From Phaeosaccion multiseriatum (taxonomy: Eukaryota > Protista > Ochrophyta, other classes): 64,000 bases of DNA. Shown here one piece after another: positions 38,301 to 51,596 of this stretch. Below the pieces are notes generated by a model, which worked only from the letters and a program-made list of their open reading frames with translations, did not search any database and had not been told where the DNA came from. The position numbers were made by a program, and so were the translations under genes. The stretch is from NCBI GenBank assembly GCA_965112735.1, contig OZ218952.1:1178001-1242000 (forward strand), in the 5' to 3' direction. Every line of letters starts with the position of its first letter. Within the stretch, counting starts at the first letter, position 1.

Positions 38301-39065
38301 GAGAGTGGAGCAGGCGGAGAGGGACGCAGGTGAGGAGGGTGCGGCAGGGCGGGGAGTTGCTTCGAGAAACAGGCAGGGGCAAACATGCATGCAGAGTGCG
38401 ACCACATCAGAGGCGATCCGTTCCCTGCTCCCTGCCGCCTGCCGTTATTGATACTTGTGTGCTTACTCAAGAATCCTCCTCTTGTTCCCGTCGTGGGCGT
38501 GGTGTTGTTGCGGTCGCAGCTTTTGAGCCACGAGACATGCACCCGTTGGGAAGTGGTGCAGAGCGAAGAGGGGGGAAGACGCGGCGGCAACGGCGACCCC
38601 GGCACGGGGTGGCACCTCAGGAGCGGGGGCCTCCTCTGCCGAAAGACCGGCCAAGCGGGCCCGAGTGGGAGCAGGACGGGCCGCCTCTCCGCTCGTTCGC
38701 GCGGTCGCTGCGGTCACTTATTCCGCGGGGCGGGGGTGCCGCTGCTGAAGGCCGCCGCCCTTCGCTCACCCGTTCGCTCTCCAGAGAGTCTCTCTCCTCC
38801 ACACCGCCGCTCTTCTCGTACTTGCTTCCTTCTCCTCCACGTTTGATGGCCTGAAAGAGGCCTCTCGCTGGTGTGCTCGATATATATATATTATTGAATG
38901 AAACGGTTGATACAATAGTAATGGCCAAAGCCCTGACGTCTGCCCGTCCGTCAGTGGGGAGTCAAGAGTGCCATCCGAATGGGCACACACACATCCATCA
39001 TGGAGCTGCTACTCTTGGCCCAGGCCTATGCACAACATGATTCAGTGGCATCACTTCAAAGCCCA

Positions 39066-41361
39066 CTACATGAGCGCGTCTGTGCCCTTGCTCTGCCCCC
39101 TCTTGCGCGAGCCGTTTGCCGTCTCTGTGACTTTGGCAATGCGGCTGCCGAACTGAATGGCCCTCTTCTCCAAAGCTCGACAGCTCTGCAGGCCCAAGCG
39201 CTCGGCAGCGCTGCGAAGAATCTTTGATTCATTTAGTTTTCCAAGCAAAAGCAGGGCGCGGCATTGGATAGGGTGTGAGGCGAAAGAGTTGAGTTGAACT
39301 ACAGCGAGCGTTAACAACATTCATGTACATGCAGCGAGGATCGTGTATGTACATGAAAAGAAACAAGGAAGTTACCAATCGCGTGCGTGGGTGTCTATTC
39401 CTTCATTCGCCATGCAGCCCCCCACACCCCACGCACCTTCTTATCGCCCACCCCGGGGGGCAGCGTCATGTCCGCCAAAGCCTCGACAGGCAGGGCCCTC
39501 AGCAGCGCTACCACCTTTTGTGTGACCACAGCAGAGGGCAGAGCAGAGGCATGTGAGGGTAATGAATGGCAAGCGGCGCAGGGGTGAGTGAGGGAACGAG
39601 TGATGGACTGTATAACTGCTTGCAGTTCATAGGGCAGGAGCAGGGGCAGGGACAGGAGCAGGGAGGTACGAGAGCCAAGATGAGGGGGCCAAAGGACGGA
39701 CGACGCGCAGTAGCGGGACAAGAGAGAGAGAGAGAGAGAGGGAGGGAGGCCTGCTATACAACTCTCCTCCTACACCTGAGTCAGCCCCGACCGTCCCTAC
39801 CTCTCCTCACACAGGACGGACTTGCATGACTGCATGACAGGCTCTTTTCCGTGCTTCCTCACCTCCTCATCCAGGAAGGGCATGCGAAGCTCCTTCCCGT
39901 GGTCAGACACGCATCGGTCATCCCTGCCGAGGTTCCGCGTCCACATGTTGCTCAAGTCGCGAGCAAGCTCCTCGCGCAGAGCAGTCGCCCCTCCTCTTAC
40001 GTAGACCTGCTCGCCGACGAGGCAAGTGACATCGATCCAAGCGTGGCAAGAGTCAAAGAATACACCACAAAGAGGGCCCGGATGGTGGGGCATGACTGTC
40101 CGCGCAGTGAAGCCGCAAGCACCAGCCTCAGCCAATGTGCCTCGATCCACTGAAATTCACGGAGGTGACTGCCTGCCTGCCTGCCTGCCTGTCTGCTTGC
40201 CTCACTGAAACTCACATTCCGATGTCTCTTGTAGCCCCCCAGCTGCTCGTCCGCCCCCAGCCCGGCCAAAAGCACACGGGCCTCTGAGCGGTAGGGAGCG
40301 CGATGTCTGGGAGAAGGGGAAGAAGATGAAGTAGGAGGAGGAGGTGGAGGAAGCGAAGAAGAGTCCACACGGCATGGCCGTGCTGCCGGGGCATCAGCAG
40401 CAGCATCAGTTGGGGATACAGCAGCATCGCTGTACACCCAACCGGCACCGCGGGCAGCGAACCAAAACGCTGCGCCGATGTTGAGGTCCATCACAGTGAG
40501 GCGCGGCTGGGGAGAGAGGAAGAGATGGAGAGAAGGGGGGGGGAAGGAGGGGAAGAGGGGGGGGGGTGAATGCACGCAGTTGAGGAGTTCGAGGAGGACT
40601 TTACGAATCAAAAGATCACAACTAGCGCCAAACCGGTCCATCTACCCCACCCCACTCCCCCTCCACCCGACTCCGTACCTGCGTGAGGCGCAGCACATGC
40701 TTCCTCTGCTGCAAGACCTCCTCGTAGCCGACATCCACACACACAAGCCTCCACCGATGGTGAGGGAAGAGCCTCTCCAGCTCTGCGTGAGCGAGCATCG
40801 CTGCCCTTCTATCCGGCGAGAGGTGTCCGGATTTGGCGTCAAAGCAGACGTTGAGTAAGTCAATAACGGCGCCGCGAGGGACCACAGGGCCAATACCCGT
40901 TGCCGCGTTGCTGCTGCTGCTGCTCCTCCTCCTCTTCATTGGGCTCATGGGCGGGCGCTGCTGCTTCCTTCCCTCTGCAGCCCCTTCGAGAGAGGACAGA
41001 AGGGTGCACATTGCCATTGCACTGTTCGTCGCCTGTCGCTCCTCCTCTCTCTCCTCTACGTCCTCTTCCTCCTTCTCTCCCTCCTCCTGCTCCTCCTCCT
41101 GCTGTTGTCCTTCCTCGCCCCTCGCCCGCTGTCTTCTAGCCTTCTCGTCCTCTGCTTCATCCCCCTCGACCTCCATGTTTTCCTCATACGCAAGCATAGC
41201 CGCCAGCACAACACAGTCCACCCCTCCGCTGAACAGGACTCCCACTCTTGCTCTCGCCCTCGCGGTAGAAGCATCTGACGACTCGTCTGTCTCGGGTGCG
41301 GCTGCTACTACTACTGATGGCGATATCAAAGATAAGGATGATGAGGATGATGATGATGATA

Positions 41362-41451
<90 letters not shown>

Positions 41452-41876
41452 TAGGGCCTTCTTCCCAGTCAGGGATGCTCTCCACTCGAACTCGAACGGC
41501 CTTCCAGAGACGCGTGAAGAAGGCTCGAGAGACCAATCGCGTCGCCTCCGGGCTTAATGTCACTCCTGCTGCCGCCTCATCACCCCCGTCTTGGGCCCGC
41601 CCCTCCGCCCTTGCGAGACCCTCAGAGCTGAGCTTCTCCCCTCCTCCTCCTCCTGCTGGTCCGCAATCGATGGCAACTAACGCAGCTGCAGCAGCACCCC
41701 CCTCAGCCTCCACTCCAGACGCGCACGTCGCCGAATCATCGAGCTTCATCTCACCCCTTCCCCCTTCCTTCTCCGCCGCAGAGGCTCCCACTCCCCCCGC
41801 TCGTGCTGCTACTGCTGCTGCTTCTGCTGCTGCTGCTGCTGATGATGATGATGATGCTGGTGATGCTGGTGATGCT

Positions 41877-41907
<31 letters not shown>

Positions 41908-43386
41908 ACGAGGGTGAGATTCTCCCTCCTTGTCTGCTATGTACAGCGTGGCCTTCCACCGGCGTCACAGGCGGCTTGGGGGCCTCTATTGCATCACCAA
42001 CCCTCGCACTACATCTTTCGCCTCCTCCCTGGACTTGTACAGTCGTCGACTCATCCCAAGGGAAGTAGTCGAGTCCACTGTAGTTTCCATTCCCCACCAA
42101 GACTGCACTGGCTGAGAACATTCTGTGCCGGTCACTGTTTTCTGCGTCCTCCTCCTCGTACTCGACCTGCCTATGGCCTACGTAAGCCACACATCAAGAG
42201 ACATTGATGAGAGAGAGAGAGAGAGAGGGATTGATAGATCAGAACCAACTGCCCGACGTACCGGGTAAAGGTAGTCTTAGGCGGAAGATGCCCGTGGGAG
42301 GGAGCTCTTCCCAGCCCCCCCCCGACCCCTCCTCCTCCTGCTGCTGCTCCCCGTTGCTGTCTTGTTCCGTCAAGACCACCGATGATATGATAAGCTGCGG
42401 GGGCGGGGCTGCTGCGTGTTCTGCCCCATACCCGGCAGCAGCTGTGAGACGGGTCAACACGGGTGGGTCAGGGCGGGACACGAGCAAGGAGGAAGCTTCG
42501 TGAGGAGAAGGACGGCATAGGAGAGAATGGAGCAGTCACCCAGCCTCGCAGAGCGCCACAACGCCAAAACCACGGGAGAGGAAGCCAACGTACAAACAGG
42601 TCGTTCAAAACTACACACACCTTCCTTCCTATTGTCTGCGAGGGCTGCGTCTCCACCCGCCGCCTCCTCCTTCTCCTCATTGGGCAGAGCCTGTGTCTGT
42701 GACGGGCATCGTAATAGCAAGCTCCGGCGAGCCAAGGGGTCCCTGCCAAAGTACAAGCACCTGGAGCGAGCCACGTAGAAGACGAAGGCGTAGGGGCCCT
42801 TGATGAGCCTCAGCGCGCCCATGACCTGCTCCACTTCTTTTCTCGAGTAAGGGGCGCAAGGTGGACGAGGAGGAGGATGGGCAGAGGTTGGACGCCCCCC
42901 CCCCTCCTCATTGTCCTCGCTGTCATTTCTTTCCTTGTCCTGCTGCTGCAGGTTCCATCGCAAAGCACGGCCTCCTTCCTCTCCTCCGTTGTCATCATTC
43001 CTCCCCCCACTTGCTTCCTCCTCAGCTACACCCCCATCTACAGCTACAGCCTCCACGAGCAAGCGAAGCACTTCGTTCGTATCCGAATCTTCCAGGGAGA
43101 TGTGTAGGCCTCCAAACACCTCTCCATTCCACAGCAGCACGTCCCCCGTCGCCGAGGCCACCGCGGGCTGGGGACAGAGCTCTCTTCCCCGCAGATGCAG
43201 CACGGAGGCCATGAACGCCGGGCCAGTCCCACCATCTTGTCGCTCAAGCTGGGTTGGTCCACAGCAGCAGCAGCAGTAGGATCCTTTGTAATGTGGACCT
43301 CTGCTGGCGAGAAGCGGGTCCTGAGCGACGCTGCCGCTCTGGCTACATTTCGTCTCTCCTCCAATAATACAGGCGATTCCACACAT
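39066..43386 (-). CDS. ASNSD1: Asparagine synthetase domain-containing protein 1 (ASNSD1/YML096W-like), multi-exon
   Basis: N-terminal MCGI; VLHLRG; LLWNGEVFG; FGRDPLARRSLL; VLFSGGVDC; PDR; GLGADEQLGGYKRHR; RNLGRDDR...ELRMPFLDE; KRAIQFGSRIAK. Confidence 0.93.
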
Positions 43387-43613
43387 TAGGCCTCAACTAT
43401 TTGAGCACGAAGTCTAAGTAATGCAAGGCTTCGCCAGCTACTGCTGTTGCTGCTGCTCTGAGAGCCATAAAGGCCCCCTGAGTGAGCATGAGATCCACCT
43501 TTGGCATGTGGTTCTCTGACCGAGGGTCACAGCGGGCGTTGGGGGAGGAGAGGAGGAAAGAAGAGGACAGAAGAGACAGAAAAAGCATGTGGGGGGGTGG
43601 CGGGCAACGGGCC

Positions 43614-44144
43614 ATGCAGTTTCTGCGGAGTGTGTGTCGCATGGCACCACCTGCGCGTAACAAGAAGAAGATCCAATACAGCAACCGCAGCAAGAGAGGA
43701 CTGTACATGGGGAAAGACGTGCGCTCGGCCAACACCATCAGCCACTCGCACCGGGTCAGCAAGAGGAAGTTCAAGCCCAACGCGGTGCGCAAGACCCTGT
43801 GGAGCGAGACTTTGCAGAGGCTCATTCCATTTCACGTGACCACACACGCGCTGCGATGCGTGGACAGAGTGGGTGGGATTGATAATTTCCTTCGGGGCTA
43901 CAGTCACGAGCGTCTCAACTCGTTGGAAGGGAGCAAGGCGAAGAGGGAGATAGAGGCGGCGTTAGGGGAGAGGGAGCTTTGGAGTGGTAAGGACAAGTGG
44001 AAGTGGAAGGGGAAGGCTGGTGATCCTGGAGTCGTGAGCTACACGAGTAGTGGCCGGAGAAGGAAGCCGCGGAAAGAGGGAGAGGAAGGAGAAGCCCTGC
44101 AACCAGGGCCTCTTCTCAGCGACACGGAGCACGCGGCAAGATGA
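43614..44144 (+). CDS. Mitochondrial ribosomal protein bL28m (alternative start 43587), intronless
   Basis: RSKRGLYMGKDVRSANTISHSHRVSKRKFKPNAVRKTLWSETLQRLIPFHVTTHALRCVDRVGGIDNFL is the L28 family signature. Confidence 0.9.
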   Translation: MQFLRSVCRMAPPARNKKKIQYSNRSKRGLYMGKDVRSANTISHSHRVSKRKFKPNAVRKTLWSETLQRLIPFHVTTHALRCVDRVGGIDNFLRGYSHERLNSLEGSKAKREIEAALGERELWSGKDKWKWKGKAGDPGVVSYTSSGRRRKPRKEGEEGEALQPGPLLSDTEHAAR

Positions 44145-44488
44145 GGAAGACGGACGAGATGCCAGGAGCAACGGCAGGCACACAGGAACGACGGACCCAC
44201 CAGATGGTCTGCCCAGGATGAGGGAGGGCGGGGGGCGGGTTCGGATGTAGAGTGGGAGCGATATACGCCGCCGCACCGCCGCTACCAAGTCATCCATCCC
44301 TCCAAGGCCTTTCGCTTGGAGGAGGGCAGGGCAGGCCTCGCATACGCCCTTTCTATTTGAAGAGCAGGAGGGTAGGGCACTCCCGAAACCTCTTTCCCCT
44401 CTTTCGTCTCTATCTATATACTATATATATACAGTAGGACAGCTTCCTTTCAGCAACATACATTTCAAGATCTTGAAAAGGAAACAAA

Positions 44489-47400
44489 CTATCTGCAGCG
44501 CTTGGTGCTAATGGAGCTGACCGGCTCCAGTGACACCTTCTTGGGCCGCCCCGATGCAGTCTCCGGCACCGGGATGCCCCCCCCCCCCCCTCTCCCGAAG
44601 CTGCTGCTGCTGCTGCTGCCTCTAGAGTCCCCCTTCCTGCTGCCCCCAACATCAGAGTCCTCCTCTTCGTCGTCGTTGTTGTTCTTGCTGCCACTGGTAC
44701 CGCTCCTGCCGTGTGAAAGACTTTTGTGGCGTTGTTGCTTGCCCTTCTTGGTGGACTCGTTGCCCTGCCCCCCCCTGGGCCGCCGCCTCCCCCCCGGGCC
44801 GGAGCGCCGCTTGCCGGAGGAAGTCTCTTCCCCTCCACTGCGTCGCCCGCCCTTGCGTCCCTCTCCTCCTCCTCCTCCTCCGCCACCACCACCTCCTCCA
44901 CCTCCTCCTCCTCCTCCTCCTCCTCCGCCACCACCACCTCCTCCACCTCCTCCTCCTCTTGCCTCGTTCCCCCCTTGCAGCCCTCTCGGACTGTCGAAGG
45001 GAGGCAAGCCCGTAGTCCTGCCGGTGCCATTGTTCTGCTGCTGCTGCTGCCGAAGGCGACACGCCTCCCTCATACCCATGAGCTTCCCCTTCCACAGCAC
45101 CCCCAAACTCTTCTCCCCGTGCATGCCCTGCTGAATGTGTCCATTGTACTGCTGCTGCTGCTTCTTCTTCTTCTGCTGCTGCTGCGCCGCCCGAATCTCT
45201 GGAAACAACGACCCCCCCCCGCATTCTCCGTCGGAGCCATAGCCGCCGTCGCTGAGGTCTGAGAGCAGTGCTCCAGTGTCATTGTCCAGCGAATAGTTGA
45301 GAGACGAAACGTCGTCGTCGTCGCCCGCTGTGACGCTTGATGTGACACCTCCGAACCTCGAGTCGCCCCAGGACAGAGTGCTGCCATTCCTATTCCCGAG
45401 GCTGCTGCTGGTACTACTTCCTACGGTTGCGGTGGGGTACATGGAGAGCGAGCCTGCGGTACCGGCACTACCCTCGTCGCCGCCACCAAGGACACCGCCG
45501 TTGTCGGCGGCGAAGCTGAGGCCGCGCAATCTGCTTGCGTCGTCCGCTGCTCCCCCTCGCTGTTCCCCCTCCTCCCTCTCCTCTCCTCCAGTCATGGCGC
45601 CGCCGCCAAAGCTGCTGCTGCGCCGTATCGCCAACTGGTCCTGCTGCTGGTCTTGCGAGTGTTGCGATGTGTTCGTGGACTGGAGCGAGGGGAGACTCAA
45701 GGAGCTGCTGGCTAGAGACTGAGTACTCTGCAGCGTGCTGGCGACGCTGCCGCTCGTCCTGCCCGTGTTGGTGCTACATGCATCGCTCGCTCCGTGCCCT
45801 GCCACCCGCGCCACCGCGTCTTCCTCCCATCGCCTTGCTCGGCCCTGTGTCCGAGCCTCATGCTCGAACTGAAGCAAGAGAGAGAGAGTGAGCACAGCGG
45901 CCAGCGTGAGCCCAGCAGAAATTCTTAACAGGGCAGTCAGTCAGTGAAGTGATGGATGGCAGCCCACGGACACATACCTTCTTGCGAGCGTGGTGCAACA
46001 ACCTCCGTCCGCGCTGTGCGTCCCTCCTGCGCGTCCGCCGCCACGAGTCCCGCGCCACCATGTTGGCCTATGGGGGATGGCAGTGGATGAAGGGGTGAGG
46101 ATGGCAGTGGATGGGGGGCGGGGGGGGGTGGGTGGGCGGGCAAGTGCTTGCGTAAGGGCATACGTAAGGGGCCTCGTGAGAGACACGCAATAGCAAGAGC
46201 AGTAGCAGAAAAAGAGGACGAGTGTTTGCGTGTGTGTGAAAATGAAAGTTCACGTACGCACTCACGAACGCACGCACCCGAATGGTTTCCACGGTTGCGT
46301 TGTCGAGTGAAGCGTAGTGCTTGGGGCTGAGCACGAGCAGTTGCAAGTGCGAAGAAGCCACGATGGTGAAACGCTCGGGCACAGGGCATCTGCTCGGTCG
46401 GCCAGTCAGTGGGTATGGGTAGGCCAGTGAGTTTGTGTTTATGGGGTGGCGTCCACTATCAAAGTGCTCGGGGGTTTACAGAGGAGTCACCCTTCCCCTC
46501 CTCCATCCACTGCCATCCCGGTTTCCATCCACTGCCTTCTTTCTCACCTGGACTTGGAACTGACAATGCCGCTCTCACCGAAGTACTCCCCTGCCTCCAT
46601 CGTTGTTAGGACTGACAAAAAGGGAGCGACAGGAGCAGAGTCAGGGAGAGAGATGAAGGTATGTGCAAGTGAGGCATGCATGGTACACAGGCACGAACGC
46701 ACTGTCTCCCTCACACACACACACACACACAAAGAGAGACACCCACAAACACACACACGTACGCACAGACACACGACAAACGACACACACGCACCCCTTT
46801 TTCCGTAGACTGAGGGCTCATCTCTCTTGCCGGTCTGATTGCTGTTGTGCCCGGCCCCGGTCCCGCCTTGCTGATGCTGGTCCTCCTTCCCTCCCCCGCC
46901 TCCCCCTCCCCCACCCATATGACTGCCAGTGGCCCCGCCATGAGCCGCCGTTTTGCTCTTGTCGGGAAGCTTGCCCACGTGACCCTTGACTCTGTTCCTC
47001 CCCGCGGCTTTGCGGTCGGCGTGTGTGCGCAAAGTGACCACCTCAGCCGAACCTTTGGGAGAGAGAGTGTGCAATACGATGTCGAGTATATCGAAATTAA
47101 TTACGGCAAATGTCGAGACAGAGCAGCGCTGCGACCGCCGAGCCGCAGGAGGGGAGGGCTCTCTCAGATGAAGGGGCAGTGTCTGTGTGAGTGTGTGTGT
47201 GTGAGAGAGAGAGAGAGAGGGGGAGAGGGAGAAGACAGAGAGAGAGACAGACAAGCAGAGGGGCAGAGAGAGAAAGACGGAGAGAGACAGAGAGAGAGAC
47301 AGACAGTACCTGAGAGGATGATGTATAGGCCCCTGCTGAGCTCTCCCGCCCTTACCACCACGTGATCCTTGAGCACTTCTCGGTGCTGCAGGAAGAGGGC

Positions 47401-50400
47401 AAGGTTGTACAGCCCAAACAGCTCCATACTCTGCTCAGACAGAGGGAGGGGGAGGGAGGGGGGGGGGAGGGGAGAGGAGAGGAGAGCGGGAGAGTGGGAG
47501 AGCGGGAGAGGAGGGGAGGGGGGGGGGGTAAAGGGAGAGAAAGAGAGAGAGGGAGAGAGAGGGTGACATGCGGAGAGAGGCAATTAGAAGGAGGAAGAGG
47601 GAGAGGAGGAGGTACACCGCAGTACCAGCACCGCCCGACCCGAGTCAGCGTAAACGCAAACATACACTCACACTCCAACTCAAACTCCGTACCCACCTTG
47701 AGCACCGACATGCTCTTGACAAAGTCGAACTTGGCCCTGCTCTCCAGGGCGGCGCTGTGGTCTCTGATCCGCTCGAACTCTTTGTGAGACACCACGGCGA
47801 GCTGTGGGTAGGAAGGGAGGAAGGTAGGAAGGTAGGAAGGAAGGAAGGAAGGAAGGAAGGAAGGAAGGAAGGAAGGAAGGAAGGAGGGAAGGAAGGAAGG
47901 AAGGAAGGAAGGAAGGAAGGAAGGAAGGAAGGAAGGAAGGAAGGAAGGAAGGAAGGAAGGAAGAAAGGGTATCGTATCAGTGCTGTCACAAGTGCGATTT
48001 GCACAGGGAGAGATGCAGAACACCTCTCGTCTCCGTCTCATCCGAATACCCAATATCCAATACCCAATACACACTACATTTCCCGACTCGCTACCTGGAA
48101 GCTCGTCACCCATGCCACCCACTGCTATCCACTGCCGTCCACTGCCGTCCACTGCCATCCACTGCCATCCACTGCCATCCACTGCCACCCCTGATTGTCT
48201 ACCTGGCAGTCTGTGACGGCAATGACGGACGTCTTGCGAATGCTTACCCCCTCCAGAACCCCGTGCCCGAAGAAGTCGCCGGGGCGGAGGTCCATCTGTG
48301 GGATGGAAGTGGAAGGAGGAGGAGGAGGAGGAGGAGGAGGAGGAGGAGGAGGAGGAGGAGGAGAAGAGGGAAGAGGGAAGAGGGTGCATATATGGCAGTG
48401 GACGAGGAGGGGAAAGGGGAGAAGAGAGTTGGATGGCAGTGGGGAGAAGGGGGGAGGCAAGCGGACGCCTCTTCGTGGAGACATTTTATGGAGGCTTATT
48501 ATGGAGGCATCACCGTTGCTTCGTGGCTTCGTCGCTCACTTTAGAGGTAATGTCAATGCATAATGTTGACGTACCACCAATCCATCCACTTACCCACCCA
48601 CCCTCCCACCCCCCCACTCACTCACCCCCCCACTCACTCACTCACTCACCCACCCACCCGCACCCACCCACCCACCCACCCACCCACCCACCTCACCCAC
48701 CCATCCACCTCACCCACCTCACCCACCTCACCCACGCACTCACTCACTCACTCACTCACTCACTCACTCACTCACTCACTCACTCACTCACTCACTCACT
48801 CACTCACTCACTCACTCACTCACTCACTCACTCACCCTACCTGATAAGTGTGTGATATCTTGCCGCTGCTGGGATCGACACACTTGGCCAATACTCTCAC
48901 CATACCCTTGAGGATAAAGTAGGCCTGTGTGCCGCTGCTGTCGGCTTCAAAGATCTTCTCCATACTCTTGGCCGCTCGGAAACCCATGTGGCGCAGCAGA
49001 TCCATCCACTGCCATCCACCTCATCGATTGGATGGGATGAATGTGCGTATATGGGTACAATAGGCGTAGATGAGTGGGTGTGCGTGTTCATGGGTGAGTG
49101 GGTGCATGTGTATGTGTATGTCTATGTGCGTGTGAGCGTGTGCAGGCAGTGAGTGGGTGTCCATCTTTGTGTGTATATGTGTCATGTGGGTATGTATTTG
49201 TTGGTGTGTGTGTGTGCGTGCGTGTACAGGGGTGCATGTGTATGTGTGTGGTGTAGGGTACGAGGGACCTACCCTACCCATATACCTCACCCACGACCTC
49301 CTCGAGCCTCTACCTGATTTTCCGGCCAGCCTTGCGCGTACTGCTTCCTCATTGCGTTATGCAAGCGAAACACCCCCGACAGAGCCGCTAACTGCCCTTC
49401 GCTCGAGCGGTCGTAGCCTTTCTTCAGATCAGCCACAATGGCCTCTGAGCAGGCGAACCGACCCAGTGGGAAGGGGGCGGGGAGAGGGAACAGAGGAGAG
49501 GAGAAGAGACAGATCCGAGGAGTAGAGTAGAGCAACGCAGAGTAGAGCGGAGCGGGAGGGTTGAGAAGAGACTACATCGACCTCCTCCCTCTCGCCCCTC
49601 CCCTCCCCTCCCCTCCCCTCCACCCCCCCCCCCCACCTTCGAGCGTTTGGATGGTCTCATCCCAATCGCAGACCTTGGCCTTGAGGGCAAGGTCCGTGAA
49701 GATTCGATCGTGCTCGGGAATGTTCTCGGGACGTTCCAAGAGCTCCTGCAACAGCACACCGTAACAGTCGCTCTGGAGGGCACCTGGGATGACGAAGGGG
49801 GGAGGGGGGGAGAGGGGTAGAAATGGAGGTGAAGGAATGAAATGGGGGAGACTGATAACCGAGCGAGAAGGTGCCGCTTCATCCTGTTGGTTCGTCAGTG
49901 CGCCCCGCCCGGCTTTCCGCACCTACGATCTTCTTGGCCAATGAGCGCAGCCGCTTGGTGGGCTTGCTCCCTGCCTCCCCCCCGAGCTGCAGAGACATTC
50001 TCCTCTTGCCGGGTGCCTCCTCCATATCCTCCCTCATGTAAGCGGTGTCGCCGACAGACACCAAGATGCCCTCGCGAGTGCGCTTACGCATGCGTAGTAG
50101 ATGGCCCACCACCTGAGAGAGGGAGTGAGGGAGGGAGGGAGGGAGGGAGGGAGGGAGGGAGGGAGGGAGGGAGGGAGGGAGGGAGGGAGGGAGGGAGGGA
50201 GGGAGGGAGGGAGGGAGGGAGGGAGGGAGGGAGGGAGGGAGGGAGGGAGGGAGGGAGGGAGGGAGGGAGGGAGGGAGGGAGGGAGGGAGGGAGGGAGGGA
50301 GGGAGGGAGGGAGGGAGGGAGGGAGGGAGGGAGGGAGGGAGGGAGGGAGGGAGGGAGGGAGGGAGGGAGGGAGGGAGGGAGGGAGGGAGGGAGGGAGGGA

Positions 50401-50701
50401 GGGAGGGAGGGAGGGAGGGAGGGAGGGAGAGAGGGAGGGAGGGCAGGTACGGTACAGTAGTCAGCGGCATGAAGGGCGAAGAGGCCCAGGAGAGCACATA
50501 CACCCACACACAAACGCACACACACATACACATATAGTGCAGCGTAGTTTGAGTGTGAGTTGAGCACACGTACCTTGTGCAAGTTGGTCATTCCGCCCTT
50601 GACGACTGCGTGGTGCTCATTCATCGTGAACATCTGTAAGTTCAGGCGCAGGTGGGCGTGTGTATGGATGGATAGATAGACAGATAGATAGACAGACAGA
50701 C

Positions 50702-50733
<32 letters not shown>

Positions 50734-50835
50734 TGATAGATAGATAGATAGATAGATTGATAGATACATCGATAGATAGATGGATGGATAGATAGATGGA
50801 TGGATGGATGGATAGATAGATAGATAGATAGATAC

Positions 50836-50884
<49 letters not shown>

Positions 50885-50885
50885 C

Positions 50886-50924
<39 letters not shown>

Positions 50925-51005
50925 CAGATAGATACATACATCGTTAGATAGATAGATAGACAGATAGATAGATAGACAGACAGACAGATAGATAGATAGA
51001 CAGAC

Positions 51006-51039
<34 letters not shown>

Positions 51040-51134
51040 GCAAAAAGATGGGTAGATGGATAGATAGATCCATCGTTAGATAGATCGATAGATGGATGGA
51101 TGGATGGATGGATGGATAGATAGATGAATGGATG

Positions 51135-51208
<74 letters not shown>

Positions 51209-51546
51209 CAGATAGATAGATAGCTAGATAGATGGATAGATAGATAGAGTGTGATCCGAAGAGAGTTGAGCACGGGTTGAGTTGTGGGACTTGGGTTGGG
51301 TCGGGGAGTGGAGGACTTGGGTATCGAGTTGGGGTGAAGATGGTGATGAGGTCGAGCGACGGATCGGAATCTGTCCTCTCTCCTTGTCCCCCCCCCCCTT
51401 TCTTTCTCTCTCCTTCTCCCTCTCCCCTTCTCCCTCTCTGTCTTACATCCTCCTGCTGCAAGCTCGCTTGTATCCGGCGCGAGGCGGCGTGCTCCAAGAG
51501 CGCGGCACGGACTTTCAAGGGGGCACATGGGCACGGAGGGAGAGAC

Positions 51547-51596
<50 letters not shown>

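Noticed and set aside
40833-42068. 411-aa plus-strand ORF and similar long antisense ORFs (9867-10766, 62036-63115)
   Set aside because: They are shadows of real genes on the opposite strand in GC-rich sequence, with no independent motifs.
43387-43613. ASDURF-like upstream ORF as in animal ASNSD1
   Set aside because: Only about 200 bp separate it from the divergent bL28m gene, and no prefoldin-like ORF is visible.
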